Part shown: positions 24,432 through 34,265 of the stretch, piece after piece
Numbering within the stretch: the stretch's first letter is position 1
Layout: every line of letters begins with the position of its first letter
From: an uncultured bacterium
GTDB lineage: Bacteria > Margulisbacteria > Termititenacia > Termititenacales > CAYUXF01
NCBI GenBank assembly: GCA_964448755.1
Contig: CAYUXF010000004.1
Span: 1-51,672, forward strand
Direction of reading: 5' to 3'
DNA: 51,672 bases
Position numbers and translations under genes: made by a program
Notes under the pieces: generated by a model
The model's database searches: none
Told to the model about the DNA's origin: nothing
What the model saw: the letters and a program-made list of their open reading frames with translations, nothing else

Positions 24432-25355
24432 ATGAATTATTTAAAAAATAAATTTAAAGAAATACGGCAGGAAATTATTCTGGAAAATGTTAAAGAATTG
24501 CCGGAGCTGATAAATGTTGCTGATGAGCTTGTTATTAAAATAAAAGAAAAAAACTTAAATATAGAACAATTTTCTTTTAAAAAAGAAACAGATGTTTCTC
24601 TGGAAGAGCAATTGAAGTGGCTTTTGAGTAATATTACAGAAAAGCCGGTAGAAAATTATGTCTGGCATTATTCGCTGTTTAATCAGGCAGAACAAAATGA
24701 GGCTATGGGCTTGCTTTGTTATTTTGACCGGCAAGAGCTTAGTGCCATTTTAAATAAATATCAGAATCAGAATATTTCTTTGATTGCATCAGAAGATGAG
24801 CAATTTATTTTTTATAAAAATAAAATTTATTTCTGGCAAAAGAAGGCCTTGTTGAAAAACTTAGCGCCTTTGATTATGGTGGTAAATTTATTTTTATTTG
24901 TCATTTTTTTGTCTTTGATGCTGACGGTTTCTTTTAAGATAAAGTCACTTTTAATTGAAAAAAATATGGTCCAGGAAAAATTAACAGCATTGGAGAATTC
25001 ATTTCGTATTATTCAGGAAGGGCAATCCAGAAAGCACCAAGCGGTTATTAATAAAAAAGAGAATGAGAAAAATTGTAATTTATTAGTCAGCTTAACCGAG
25101 CAGACTCCGGCAGATATTTTTTTTAATGAATTGGTTTTTAGTCAAAATGACATTAAGGTTATTGGTTGTGACCGTGCTTCTTTGACCGGCGTAAATTCTT
25201 TTATAAAAAATCTTAAAAAAAATAAAGAAGTGCAAGATGTTGCGCTGCTTAAAACTTTAAAAAGTGATCAGGGGATGAATTTTGATCTAAAAATTGTCCT
25301 TAAAAATAAAAGAACACTAAATAATAAACAACAAGGTGAGATGCCAAATGTTTAA
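24432..25355 (+). CDS. PilN-like pilus/secretion assembly protein with an N-terminal cytoplasmic extension of about 140 aa
   Basis: A single TM (LAPLIMVVNLFLFVIFLSLMLTV) is followed by a coiled coil and a C-terminal ...IKVIGCDRASLTGVNSFIKNLKKNKEVQDVALLKT...FDLKIVLK pattern typical of PilN/GspL periplasmic domains. It lies upstream of PilO-like and secretin genes. Confidence 0.5.
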   Translation: MNYLKNKFKEIRQEIILENVKELPELINVADELVIKIKEKNLNIEQFSFKKETDVSLEEQLKWLLSNITEKPVENYVWHYSLFNQAEQNEAMGLLCYFDRQELSAILNKYQNQNISLIASEDEQFIFYKNKIYFWQKKALLKNLAPLIMVVNLFLFVIFLSLMLTVSFKIKSLLIEKNMVQEKLTALENSFRIIQEGQSRKHQAVINKKENEKNCNLLVSLTEQTPADIFFNELVFSQNDIKVIGCDRASLTGVNSFIKNLKKNKEVQDVALLKTLKSDQGMNFDLKIVLKNKRTLNNKQQGEMPNV

Positions 25356-25839
25356 TTTTAAATTAGAACGGTTTGATTTTCTGTTTAAATTAGAGAGATG
25401 TCAGCAGGTTTGTTTGGCTGGTTTATTGATTTTTTTATTTGTTATTCTGCCGCTGATCTTTTTTTCTAATTTTAAGATCAATAAGTATTTTTATGAAAAA
25501 GAATATTTAAATAATCTTCTCTATAAAGAAAGTAAATTAAAAGAAAAAATGCCTGTTAATTCACCGCAGGAATTACCGCGAGACTTGAATATAGACATTG
25601 AAAACATTAAAAAGATAGCAGAATTAGCTAATTTAAATGTTGTAAAAGTAGATTTGCAAAATAATAGTGATCAGAAGTTTTGCTTTTCTTTGCAGGGCAG
25701 ATATCTTGATTTTTTGAATTTTTTGAACAGTTATAATAGTGCCGATCATATTTATCAATATGAAATTATTACGGTTAAAAAAGAAGCTGGGCGGGTTGCT
25801 ATTGAGATAATTTTTTCTTTTAACGGAGCGCTGGCATGA
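25348..25839 (+). CDS. PilO-like assembly protein
   Basis: TM (VCLAGLLIFLFVILPLIFF), a coiled coil, then FCFSLQGRYLDFLNFLNSYN...YEIITVKK. Its position between the PilN-like and secretin genes supports the call. The start is uncertain (25336 or 25348). Confidence 0.45.
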   Translation: MFNFKLERFDFLFKLERCQQVCLAGLLIFLFVILPLIFFSNFKINKYFYEKEYLNNLLYKESKLKEKMPVNSPQELPRDLNIDIENIKKIAELANLNVVKVDLQNNSDQKFCFSLQGRYLDFLNFLNSYNSADHIYQYEIITVKKEAGRVAIEIIFSFNGALA

Positions 25840-26792
25840 AAAATTTTATTATTGGTTTTATTTGTTGTTTGATCTTTTTTTTGTGGCTGGTTGCCGCCGG
25901 CCAAAACAGCAAAGCCCTGCGCGATCCTTTTGCTGATCTTTCTTCGCAGGAGTTCATTATTAATGACCATAATAATGAGCAGCTTTTTATTTATGATTTG
26001 CTCTATCGCGATACAGAGAGCATGGTAATGCTTTTAAAAAAACTTTATCCAGAACTGGTGGTTGCCGGGGAGCCGGAGTCTAAGCAAATTGTTATTAAAA
26101 CAAATAAAAATAATTTTAATTCTTTATATAAAAAGGTTCGCTTGCTCGACAGAGAACTAGATCAAATTTTAATAGAGGTTAAAGTGGTCGAGTTGAGCAG
26201 TAGCGATATGCTGCGCTTGGGAACTATTTGGGATTTTAAGCGTGAAGGGCGGGCTTTATATGAGCAGGCCAAGGTTTATGATTTTATTGAGAGTTTAGAG
26301 GTAATGATCGGCAATGGTAAGGCCAGAATAATGGCAAATCCCAGAGTGACAACAATGCTTGGCAAAGAGGCGTTGATCCATATCGGTGACCAGGTGCCCT
26401 ATTCTGTGCCTGTGGAGTCCGCTTCCGGTAAAACCAGCTGGGAGGTTAAATATCTCGATGCGGGGATTAATCTCTCATTACTTCCATTAAAAGCGGAGAG
26501 GGGTTTTATTTCACTTAACTTAAGGCCTGAGGTGGCGACGATCAAGCAATGGAAACTAACACCTAACGGCGAGTATCCTATTATCTCTTCGCGCAAGGTG
26601 GAAACTAATTTGCGCTTAAAAGACGGTGAATCTTTTATTATTGGCGGTTTATTAAATGAGGAAGAGCGAGAAAATATTCGCAAAGTTCCTCTTCTGGGAG
26701 ATATTCCAGTATTGAATATTTTATTCAAACACAAGAGCTACGAAAAGATAAGTTCGGAAATACTGTTCTTGGTTACGGCCAAGAAAGTATAG
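25836..26792 (+). CDS. Short secretin (PilQ/GspD-family C-terminal domain)
   Basis: Signal peptide. Secretin-domain blocks ILIEVKVVELS, ANPRVTTMLGKEALIHIGDQVPY and LKDGESFIIGGLLNEEERENIRKVPLLGDIPVLNILF. It is only 318 aa. Confidence 0.85.
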   Translation: MKNFIIGFICCLIFFLWLVAAGQNSKALRDPFADLSSQEFIINDHNNEQLFIYDLLYRDTESMVMLLKKLYPELVVAGEPESKQIVIKTNKNNFNSLYKKVRLLDRELDQILIEVKVVELSSSDMLRLGTIWDFKREGRALYEQAKVYDFIESLEVMIGNGKARIMANPRVTTMLGKEALIHIGDQVPYSVPVESASGKTSWEVKYLDAGINLSLLPLKAERGFISLNLRPEVATIKQWKLTPNGEYPIISSRKVETNLRLKDGESFIIGGLLNEEERENIRKVPLLGDIPVLNILFKHKSYEKISSEILFLVTAKKV

Positions 26793-26911
26793 AGATTATA
26801 ACTAAGGTATTTGTTTTTTACTTATTTTAACTTTATATATTCCATATATCTTTTTGGTAAAAAATTATAATATATACGATATATGGTTATGATTTTCATT
26901 TCTGGAGGTTT

Positions 26912-27412
26912 ATGTTGATGGTCTTATTTGCTAAAAAAATAGCTAATAATATAGAAAATTATGGTGAACATAAAGAAATACAAAAAATAGCCAGAGAAGA
27001 AATAAAGAAAGTATTAAAAAGTGACTCGGAATATGTATTTATTTATGAAAATAAAAAGAAAAAAGGAAAAAAAGATAACCTGGCGTTCAATATAGTGTTT
27101 AGACCGAAAACAAAGTTTTCTGCTATGGAAAAGTGTATTAACAATAATTTGAAAATAGGACGAAAGACACTGATGATTGGGGTGCATTTTAACCTTACAG
27201 AACATGGTGTTATTGATATATCTCAGCCTAACCCAGTTTCGTTTAGACTTATTTTAGGAAGTAAAATTAGTTCATATTTGCCAGAAATTCAAAATAGTTT
27301 TATTGCGAATAAGAAAATTTTAATTGACATGATCCTTAATGGTGAATATAAGAAGTTTGCACTTAAATGTCTGGAGATATCAAACAAAGTTTTTATAAAT
27401 GATAGGTTTTAA
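26912..27412 (+). CDS. Hypothetical protein (orphan, very AT-rich)
   Basis: 166-aa ORF with GGAGG 6 nt upstream of the ATG. No recognisable motifs. A TATAAT box at about 26868 and a terminator-like hairpin downstream suggest a monocistronic unit. Confidence 0.5.
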   Translation: MLMVLFAKKIANNIENYGEHKEIQKIAREEIKKVLKSDSEYVFIYENKKKKGKKDNLAFNIVFRPKTKFSAMEKCINNNLKIGRKTLMIGVHFNLTEHGVIDISQPNPVSFRLILGSKISSYLPEIQNSFIANKKILIDMILNGEYKKFALKCLEISNKVFINDRF

Positions 27413-27508
27413 TTAAAATTAATCATTGGGTATTTCAAAAAACAGAATAAAAGTCCCTAAATATTGAATAAATATTGTTGACATCGGTTTTTAATTATGC
27501 TTGAATAT

Positions 27509-27551
27509 GCCCTCGCATTTTCGCTTGTCATTTAAGCGAGGCTTTTTTTTG
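27509..27551 (+). terminator. Rho-independent terminator-like hairpin plus T8 tract
   Basis: Stem TCGCTT (27521-27526) / AAGCGA (27534-27539), or alternatively CCTCGC/GCGAGG, followed by GC and TTTTTTTT (27543-27550). It lies between the orphan ORF and rpmG. Confidence 0.55.
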
Positions 27552-27579
27552 ACTGAAATTTATTAGGAGTGTAATAACT

Positions 27580-27729
27580 GTGAGAGAAATAATAACCTTA
27601 GCTTGTGAAACATGTAAAAGAAAAAATTATACTACCAATAAGGAAAAAAGAAATAATCCTGACAGGTTGTTGTTAAAAAAATATTGTCGCTGGTGCAAAA
27701 AGCACACCGACCATAAAGAGACTAAGTAA
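27580..27729 (+). CDS. rpmG: 50S ribosomal protein L33 (zinc-binding C+ form)
   Basis: Not in the ORF track (49 aa). Hand translation from GTG 27580 gives [49 protein letters not shown], with AGGAG upstream and CxxC...CxxC present. Confidence 0.85.
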   Translation: MREIITLACETCKRKNYTTNKEKRNNPDRLLLKKYCRWCKKHTDHKETK

Positions 27730-27830
27730 TTTTTGTCTTTTTGTTTTTTGATAAATAAATGAGCTCTTGGCCAGCAGAGAGTATAAAATAAAGTGGCGGG
27801 CTGCTTAAGTTAAATAGCGGTTAGGAGTGA

Positions 27831-27906
27831 AGGCGAGTAGCTCAATTGGTAGAGTGGCGGTCTCCAAAACCGTAGGTTGCAGGTTCGATTCCTGTCTCGC
27901 CTGCCA
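27831..27906 (+). tRNA. trnW: tRNA-Trp (anticodon CCA), 3' CCA encoded
   Basis: Folded by hand. Acceptor stem AGGCGAG/CTCGCCT, D arm GCTC-AATTGGTA-GAGT, anticodon arm GCGGT-CTCCAAA-ACCGT, T arm GCAGG-TTCGATT-CCTGT, discriminator G plus CCA. Confidence 0.9.
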
Positions 27907-27947
27907 AAAAATATAATGGTAATTATAGAAATAGAAGGAATTTAAGG

Positions 27948-28133
27948 TTGAGTATTAAAAATTTTTTTTCAGATACGAAAAGTGAAATAAAAAAAGTTAT
28001 ATGGCCGACTAAACAGGTCATTGTACATTCAACTTTAGTGGTTTTAGTAATAGTTGTAGTAATGACGGTAGCGGTATCTTTTTTAGATGTTAGTTTTGGG
28101 AACATGTTTGATATTTTAAATACAAGATTTTAG
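27948..28133 (+). CDS. secE: Preprotein translocase subunit SecE
   Basis: 61 aa, TTG start. SEIKKVIWPTKQVIVHSTLVVLVIVVVMTVAV is the SecE pattern. It occupies the canonical position before nusG. Confidence 0.85.
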   Translation: MSIKNFFSDTKSEIKKVIWPTKQVIVHSTLVVLVIVVVMTVAVSFLDVSFGNMFDILNTRF

Positions 28134-28141
28134 GAGTTAAC

Positions 28142-28777
28142 GTGAGCTTAGAAGAAATACATCAAGATAATATTGCTGAAGAAAATGATAATTTAGCGCC
28201 TGGTGCCGCTGATCTTTCAGAGGCGGAAGAACTAGAGGAGAATTTAGCAGAATTGAGCGGTAATTGGTATATTCTGCATGTATTTTCCGGTTACGAAATG
28301 AAAGTAAAAGTAGCTATTGAACAAAAAGTTAAAGAAGAGGGTCTTGCTGCGGTAGTTCATAAAGTGTTAATACCGGAAGAAGACGTAATTGAAGTTAAAA
28401 ATAATAAACGGGTTGAGAGAACTAAACGGATGTTTCCGGGATATGTTTTTATTAACATGGAACCCGATGATAAAGTTTGGGCGACAATTAGAAGAATTAA
28501 TGGAGTAACCCGTTTTGTTGGGTCAGACATGCCTGAGCCTGTGCCGGAAAACGAGGTTATGCGTGTACTTAGACAAACAGGCGAAAAAGTTAAAAAAGTC
28601 GAGATCGATTTTGAAATTGATGAGAATGTCAAAGTTATTTCCGGTCCTTTCAGAGGGTATACCGGTGAAATTAAAGAGATCAATGCCGACAGAGGAAAAG
28701 TTAAAGTTAATATCTTAATATTTGGCCGCGAGACTCCAATGGAGCTTGATTTTGACCAGATAGAGAAGAATGCTTAA
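28142..28777 (+). CDS. nusG: Transcription termination/antitermination factor NusG (with an acidic N-terminal extension of about 40 aa)
   Basis: GTG start after TAGGAG. NGN block WYILHVFSGYEMKV and KOW block VKVISGPFRGYTGEIKEI. Confidence 0.9.
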   Translation: MSLEEIHQDNIAEENDNLAPGAADLSEAEELEENLAELSGNWYILHVFSGYEMKVKVAIEQKVKEEGLAAVVHKVLIPEEDVIEVKNNKRVERTKRMFPGYVFINMEPDDKVWATIRRINGVTRFVGSDMPEPVPENEVMRVLRQTGEKVKKVEIDFEIDENVKVISGPFRGYTGEIKEINADRGKVKVNILIFGRETPMELDFDQIEKNA

Positions 28778-28799
28778 TAGATAAGGAGAAAGTGCAGCG

Positions 28800-29243
28800 A
28801 TGGGTGAGCAGAAGAAAAAAAAGAAAGAGATAACAGCAGTTATAAAACTGCAAATAGAAGCAGGTAAAGCAAATCCTGCTCCGCCAGTTGGTCCAGCTCT
28901 TGGTCAGCATGGCGTTAATATTATGGAATTCTGTAAGGCTTATAACGAAAGAACCAAAGATAAAGTTGGTTCGGTTATTCCGGTAGAAATTTCTGTTTTT
29001 TCCGACAGAACTTTTGAATTTATTACTAAGTCACCGCCAGCTTCTGAGTTAATAAAGAAGGCTTTAAAACTCGAAAAAGGCTCGGCTATTCCTAATAGAA
29101 ATAAAGTTGGCAAAATAACCAGAGCACAGCTGGCTGCTATTGCTAAAGAAAAAGCCGCTGGTCTTAATTCTTATAATGAGGCTGCTGCTGTTAATATTAT
29201 TGCTGGTACCGCTCGTTCCATGGGCGTAGATGTAATTGACTAA
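28800..29243 (+). CDS. rplK: 50S ribosomal protein L11
   Basis: [34 protein letters not shown]. Confidence 0.95.
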   Translation: MGEQKKKKKEITAVIKLQIEAGKANPAPPVGPALGQHGVNIMEFCKAYNERTKDKVGSVIPVEISVFSDRTFEFITKSPPASELIKKALKLEKGSAIPNRNKVGKITRAQLAAIAKEKAAGLNSYNEAAAVNIIAGTARSMGVDVID

Positions 29244-29264
29244 TTTAGGGTTGGTGAAATAAAA

Positions 29265-29957
29265 ATGAAATTAAGTAAAAAATACGGTAAAAAGTACAGA
29301 GCAAAGCAGGAGCTGATCAAAGATCAAGAACTGTTTGAAGTAGATCAGGCGGTAGCTAAAGTCAGAGAACTGGGTATTGCTAAGTTCGACGAAACTATTG
29401 AAATGGTTTTTAATCTTGGCATTGACCCACGTAAGAACGATCAGCAGGTCAGAGGGACAGTTAATTTACCGGCTGGGCTTGGTAAAAAAATAACTGTAGC
29501 GGTAATTTCCTCTGGTGAAAATCTTAAAGTGGCTGAAGCTGCCGGTGCCGAAATAGTCGGTTCCGATGAGCTCATTGAGAAAATTAATGGCGGCTTTGTG
29601 GATTTTGATATTCTTCTCGCTACTTCAGATATGATGCCTAAAGTAGGTAAGCTTGGTAAAGTCCTGGGTCGTAAGGGTTTAATGCCTTCACCTAAAGCCG
29701 GTACTGTTGTAACAGATGTAACTAAAGCAGTTAAAGAATTTAAAGCCGGAAAACTGGAATTTAAAGCCGACAAAAACGGTGTAGTCCATTCGGTTATTGG
29801 TAAAAAATCTTTTGAAACAGAAAAATTAAAAGATAATTACAATGCTCTCTATGACGCAATAGTTAAAGCTAAGCCGTCTGGCGCTAAAGGGGTTTACATT
29901 AAATCTGTTTATCTCTCGCCTAGCATGGGTCCGAGCGTTAGAGTAGCCGTTAAATAA
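29265..29957 (+). CDS. rplA: 50S ribosomal protein L1
   Basis: DPRKNDQQVRGTVNLPAGLGK...VGKLGKVLGRKGLMPSPKAGTV. Confidence 0.95.
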   Translation: MKLSKKYGKKYRAKQELIKDQELFEVDQAVAKVRELGIAKFDETIEMVFNLGIDPRKNDQQVRGTVNLPAGLGKKITVAVISSGENLKVAEAAGAEIVGSDELIEKINGGFVDFDILLATSDMMPKVGKLGKVLGRKGLMPSPKAGTVVTDVTKAVKEFKAGKLEFKADKNGVVHSVIGKKSFETEKLKDNYNALYDAIVKAKPSGAKGVYIKSVYLSPSMGPSVRVAVK

Positions 29958-29992
29958 GATCATTAAAATATTTTCAAGGCGAGGATTAAATT

Positions 29993-30511
29993 ATGGTAAA
30001 AGAAAATAAAAAAGAACAGGTAGCAGTTATTAAGGAAAAATTTAATAATTCCGAATTAGTTATTTTTGCAGAATATCGCGGCTTAAATGTTGCCGATGAC
30101 CGTAAATTGCGCAGTGATTTTCGTTCTAATTCTGCCGATTACTGTGTTTACAAAAACAATCTAGTTAAAATTGCCATAGGTGATACAGTTTCCGGTATTG
30201 ATGAAAAAGTTTTTAGCGGTCCGACCTCTTTTATTTTTTCTTCAGATCCGGTTGCGCCGGCTAAAGTTATCTGCAATTTTATTAAAGATGCAGAAAAAGA
30301 AGTTCTTAAAATTAAAGGCGGTATTTATCAAAAACAATTTATTTCTTCTGATAAAGTTAAGGAATTAGCTTCGCTGCCAGGCCGTGAAGAGCTCTTAGCT
30401 AAACTTGTTTATGTCTTAAATTCGCCGATCAGTGGTTTTGTTAACGTTTTACACGCTAACTTGCGTAAACTGGTCTATGCTTTGAACGCCGTTAAAGATA
30501 CCAAAAAATAA
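29993..30511 (+). CDS. rplJ: 50S ribosomal protein L10
   Basis: 172 aa. The position between rplA and rplL, plus the FAEYRGLNVADDRKLR block, supports the call. Confidence 0.9.
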   Translation: MVKENKKEQVAVIKEKFNNSELVIFAEYRGLNVADDRKLRSDFRSNSADYCVYKNNLVKIAIGDTVSGIDEKVFSGPTSFIFSSDPVAPAKVICNFIKDAEKEVLKIKGGIYQKQFISSDKVKELASLPGREELLAKLVYVLNSPISGFVNVLHANLRKLVYALNAVKDTKK

Positions 30512-30530
30512 GAGGAGGTGAGGTTTAAAA

Positions 30531-30902
30531 ATGACACAGGAAATAATTGAAAAAATTGAGAAAATGACAGTGCTAGAGCTTAATGACTTGGTAAAAGCGC
30601 TTGAGGAGAAGTTTGGTGTATCTGCTGCTGCCCCCGTGGCTGTAGCTGCTGCCCCTGTTGCTGGTGCGGCTGCTGCTGCTGGTGATGATGCCGGTACAGT
30701 TGACGTTATTCTGGCTTCCGCAGGTGATAAAAAAATACAGGTTCTGAAAGTTGTTCGTGAGATCACTGGGCTTGGTTTGAAAGAAGCAAAGGACCTTGTT
30801 GATGGTGCACCGAAACCAATTAAAGAAGGTGTTTCTGCAGAAGAAGCTAAAGATATTAAAGCTAAGATCGAAGCTGAAGGCGGAAAAGTAGAAGTAAAAT
30901 AA
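30531..30902 (+). CDS. rplL: 50S ribosomal protein L7/L12
   Basis: An Ala-rich hinge followed by [51 protein letters not shown]. Confidence 0.95.
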   Translation: MTQEIIEKIEKMTVLELNDLVKALEEKFGVSAAAPVAVAAAPVAGAAAAAGDDAGTVDVILASAGDKKIQVLKVVREITGLGLKEAKDLVDGAPKPIKEGVSAEEAKDIKAKIEAEGGKVEVK

Positions 30903-30924
30903 TTAGTTAAGCTAATTTATAAAA

Positions 30925-30966
30925 ACTGGCTCCTGTTGCCAATTAAGAAGCGACAGGGGCCAGTTT
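30925..30966 (+). terminator. rplL-rpoB intergenic attenuator-type hairpin
   Basis: ACTGGCTCCTGTTGC (30925-30939) pairs with GCGACAGGGGCCAGT (30950-30964). The stem is 15 bp including two G-U pairs, the loop is 10 nt, and only a weak T tract (TTTAATT) follows. Confidence 0.55.
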
Positions 30967-31010
30967 AATTGTGTTACGACAAAAATAAAAAGCGAGGTCA
31001 GGTAAATAAT

Positions 31011-34000
31011 ATGGCTAAAATAGCACAAAGAGTGAAATTAAATCCTGAGATTCCCGAAGATATTATCGATGTTCCCAAATTAACCAGTTTACAAATAGAG
31101 TCTTTTGATAAATTTATCAACGAAGGAATTTCCGAAGAATTAAAGGCCGTCAGTCCTATTAAAGGTTACGGTGACAGATTTGAACTTTACTTTGGAGATA
31201 AAATTAAAATAGAAAAACCAAAATATTCTGCTAAAGAATGTTTGTTAAAAGAAATTACTTATTCTGCTTCTTTAACTGTTCCTACTAAGTTAGTGGATAC
31301 AGAGACCGGCGAAGTTAAAAAGCAGGATATTTTCATGGGTGAGATCCCTTATATGACAGAGTTTGGCACCTTTATTTTTAATGGTGATGAGCGGGTGGTT
31401 GTTTCGCAGTTTATCCGTTCGCCGGGCGTATATTTTAAAGAAAAAGAAGATGTTAAAAAAATGAAAACCGCTTATCGGGCAACGATCATCCCTAACCGCG
31501 GTGCCTGGCTGGAGCTGGAAGTAGATATTAACGGTGTCCTTTATGTTTATATTAACAAGATCAAAAAATTACCGTTAACTTTATTCTTGGCCGCGCTCGG
31601 TTATTCAGAAGAAGAGATGTACAGCCTGATCGAAGAAAAAGAAAATCTTGATAAAACTATTGCTAAAGGCGGGCCGATCACTAATCCGTCAGAAGCGGTA
31701 GTGGAACTTTATAAAAAGATCAGACCAGGCGACCCGGTAACTGAAGAAGGCGCTAAGAACTTCTTAGAGAATCTTTTCTTTAATCAAGAAAAATATAGCC
31801 TTGGTTTTATTGGCCGTTACAAGATGAATAAGAAGTTAAAGGTCAATATTCCGGAAGAAGTAGAGACCTTAACTAAAGAAGATGTTGTTGGCGTAGCTAA
31901 TTATATTATTAAACTGACCAAGAACGAAGGGACAATTGATGACATTGACCATTTGGGAAATCGCCGTGTGCGCGCTGTTGGTGAACAGTTGCAGAAACAG
32001 TTCCGTATCGGTTTGACCAGATTAGAGCGTTTAATTCGTGAACAGATGATGCTCAAAGGCAACGAAGAAGATGTCATGCCGCAGAACTTAATTAACATCA
32101 GACCGCTGATCGCTGTTATGAAAGAGTTCTTTGGTTTGTCACAGCTTTCACAGTTCATGGATCAAACCAATCCTTTGGCTGAACTTGCCCACAAAAGAAG
32201 ACTTTCGGCCCTGGGGCCTGGCGGTCTTTCCCGCGAGCATGCCGGTTTTGAGGTTCGCGATATTCACCCTTCTCATTACGGACGTATTTGTCCTATTGAG
32301 TCGCCTGAAGGTCCTAACGCCGGTTTAATTGCCCCTATTTCTACTCACGCAGTAGTTAATAAGTTCGGGTTCATTGAAACACCTTACCGTAAAGTTAAGA
32401 ATAGTGTTGTAACCAATGACGTTGAATATCTTTCTGCCGATGTTGAAGATAATTTTAAGATCGCGCCTTACGATATTCCGCTCGATGCCAAAAACAATAT
32501 CAAGAATCCTAAAGTTCCTGTTAAATACAAGAAGCAGTTCATCATGGTTGACGCTCCAGAAGTTGACTATGTTGGTGTTTCTTCCCGTCAGATCTTTGGT
32601 GTCAGCGCTTGTTTAATTCCTTTCTTAGAACACGATGACGCTAACCGCGCCTTGATGGGTTCTAACATGCAACGTCAGGCTACCCCGCTGGTCAGACCGG
32701 ACAGACCGCTGGTCGGTACCGGTATGGAGAAATGGGTCGGCTTAAATTCATCTTCACCTCTTTTTGCCATCGAGGCCGGCGAAGTTATCAGTGTCGATGC
32801 CAATGAGATCATCATTAAAAATAAAGAAGGCAAAAAAGATGTTTATGAACTGATCAAGTATCAGAGAACTAACCAGAATACCTGCCGCAATCAAAAGCCG
32901 ATCGTTAAAGTCGGTCAGAAAGTTAAGCAAGGCGAAGCTATTGCTGACGGCTCTTCAGTGGTTGAAGGTGAGATCGCTCTTGGTAAAAACGTCATTGTCG
33001 CTTTTATGCCCTGGGAAGGTTATAACTTTGAGGACGCCATATTGCTTTCCGAGCGTCTGGTCAAAGACGATGTTTTCTCATCTATCCATATTGCTCGTTA
33101 CGAAATAGATGTCCGCAATACCAAGTTGGGTGTGGAAGAAATTACTCCGGAAGTTCCTGGTGTCAGCGAAGAAGCTTTAAAAAATCTTGACGACAGAGGT
33201 ATTGTCAGAATTGGTTCAACTGTAGGGCCAGGCGATATTCTCGTTGGTAAAGTTACACCTAAGGGTGAGACCGAACAGCCGGCAGAAGAAAAACTGCTGC
33301 GCGCTATCTTTGGCGATAAAGCTCGTGAAATGCGCAATACTTCACTGAAGGTTTCTTCTGGTGAAGGCGGTAAAGTTATTGATGTCCGAGTTTTCTCTAG
33401 AGAAAATAACGATGACCTGCCGCCGGGCGTAAACTACCTGGTGCGTGTTTATGTTGCTCATTTACGTAAAGTAATGATCGGCGACAAGATGGCTGGACGT
33501 CACGGTAACAAGGGTGTTATCTCTAAAATATTACCGGAAGAAGATATGCCTTTTCTGCCAGATGGACGGCCGGTAGACATTGTTCTTAATCCGCTGGGTG
33601 TACCTTCACGTATGAACGTCGGACAGGTTTACGAAACAATTTTAGGTATGGCTGCTTATGCGCTTGATGAGCATATTGAAACACAGCAGTTTGACGAAGC
33701 CTATGGCCCGGAAGCTTCAGTGCAGGCCATTGAGAGAAAATTAGAAGAGGCTTCTAAAATAGCCGGGTTTGAATGGATCGACAAGAGCGGTAAGTATCCT
33801 TTAAGGGACGGCCGCACCGGTGATTTTTTTGACCGCCAGGTTATGTGCGGTTGTATGTATATGCTTAAACTGATCCACTTAGTAGAAGAAAAAATGCACG
33901 CCAGAGCAACTGGTCCTTATTCACTGGTTACGCAGCAGCCGCTGGGTGGTAAAGCACAGTTTGGCGGACAGCGTTTTGGTGAAATGGAAGTTTGGGCGCT

Positions 34001-34220
34001 CGAGGCCTATGGTGCCGCTTATACACTGCAGGAATTGTTAACGGTTAAGTCAGACGACGTAACCGGCCGCGCTAAAGTTTATGAAGCCATCATTAAAGGC
34101 AAGAACCTGCCAAAACCAGGAACACCGGAAGCTTTCCGGGTCTTGGTCAGAGAGCTGCGTTCTATGGCGCTGGATGTTCGTGTTATCACAGAAGATAACA
34201 TTGAAATTGATAACAGATAA
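31011..34220 (+). CDS. rpoB: DNA-directed RNA polymerase subunit beta
   Basis: Conserved blocks [38 protein letters not shown] and [18 protein letters not shown] 31011 (MAKIAQR) is preferred over the ORF-track start at 30969. Confidence 0.95.
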   Translation: MAKIAQRVKLNPEIPEDIIDVPKLTSLQIESFDKFINEGISEELKAVSPIKGYGDRFELYFGDKIKIEKPKYSAKECLLKEITYSASLTVPTKLVDTETGEVKKQDIFMGEIPYMTEFGTFIFNGDERVVVSQFIRSPGVYFKEKEDVKKMKTAYRATIIPNRGAWLELEVDINGVLYVYINKIKKLPLTLFLAALGYSEEEMYSLIEEKENLDKTIAKGGPITNPSEAVVELYKKIRPGDPVTEEGAKNFLENLFFNQEKYSLGFIGRYKMNKKLKVNIPEEVETLTKEDVVGVANYIIKLTKNEGTIDDIDHLGNRRVRAVGEQLQKQFRIGLTRLERLIREQMMLKGNEEDVMPQNLINIRPLIAVMKEFFGLSQLSQFMDQTNPLAELAHKRRLSALGPGGLSREHAGFEVRDIHPSHYGRICPIESPEGPNAGLIAPISTHAVVNKFGFIETPYRKVKNSVVTNDVEYLSADVEDNFKIAPYDIPLDAKNNIKNPKVPVKYKKQFIMVDAPEVDYVGVSSRQIFGVSACLIPFLEHDDANRALMGSNMQRQATPLVRPDRPLVGTGMEKWVGLNSSSPLFAIEAGEVISVDANEIIIKNKEGKKDVYELIKYQRTNQNTCRNQKPIVKVGQKVKQGEAIADGSSVVEGEIALGKNVIVAFMPWEGYNFEDAILLSERLVKDDVFSSIHIARYEIDVRNTKLGVEEITPEVPGVSEEALKNLDDRGIVRIGSTVGPGDILVGKVTPKGETEQPAEEKLLRAIFGDKAREMRNTSLKVSSGEGGKVIDVRVFSRENNDDLPPGVNYLVRVYVAHLRKVMIGDKMAGRHGNKGVISKILPEEDMPFLPDGRPVDIVLNPLGVPSRMNVGQVYETILGMAAYALDEHIETQQFDEAYGPEASVQAIERKLEEASKIAGFEWIDKSGKYPLRDGRTGDFFDRQVMCGCMYMLKLIHLVEEKMHARATGPYSLVTQQPLGGKAQFGGQRFGEMEVWALEAYGAAYTLQELLTVKSDDVTGRAKVYEAIIKGKNLPKPGTPEAFRVLVRELRSMALDVRVITEDNIEIDNR

Positions 34221-34265
34221 TTAGTGTAATTTAAAAATAATTTTTTAAGCTGAACGGGAGGCACA

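Noticed and set aside
30600-30720. GCT/GCC-rich repetitive DNA encoding poly-Ala in rplL, noted as a possible tandem repeat or expansion.
   Set aside because: This is the normal flexible Ala-rich hinge of L7/L12 and not an independent repeat element.
30449-30766. Long antisense or out-of-frame ORFs inside highly conserved genes. Examples: 30449-30766 opposite rplL; 34269-34580, 34670-34981, 35691-36008 and 37586-37936 opposite rpoC; 29441-29773 opposite rplA; 41748-42077 opposite rpsJ/rplC; 42954-43265 opposite rplD.
   Set aside because: Each lies fully within a gene whose product is unmistakably a conserved ribosomal or RNAP protein. They have low-complexity or biased composition (S/P/A/T-rich), lack an SD and show no recognisable motif. 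They are typical shadow ORFs.
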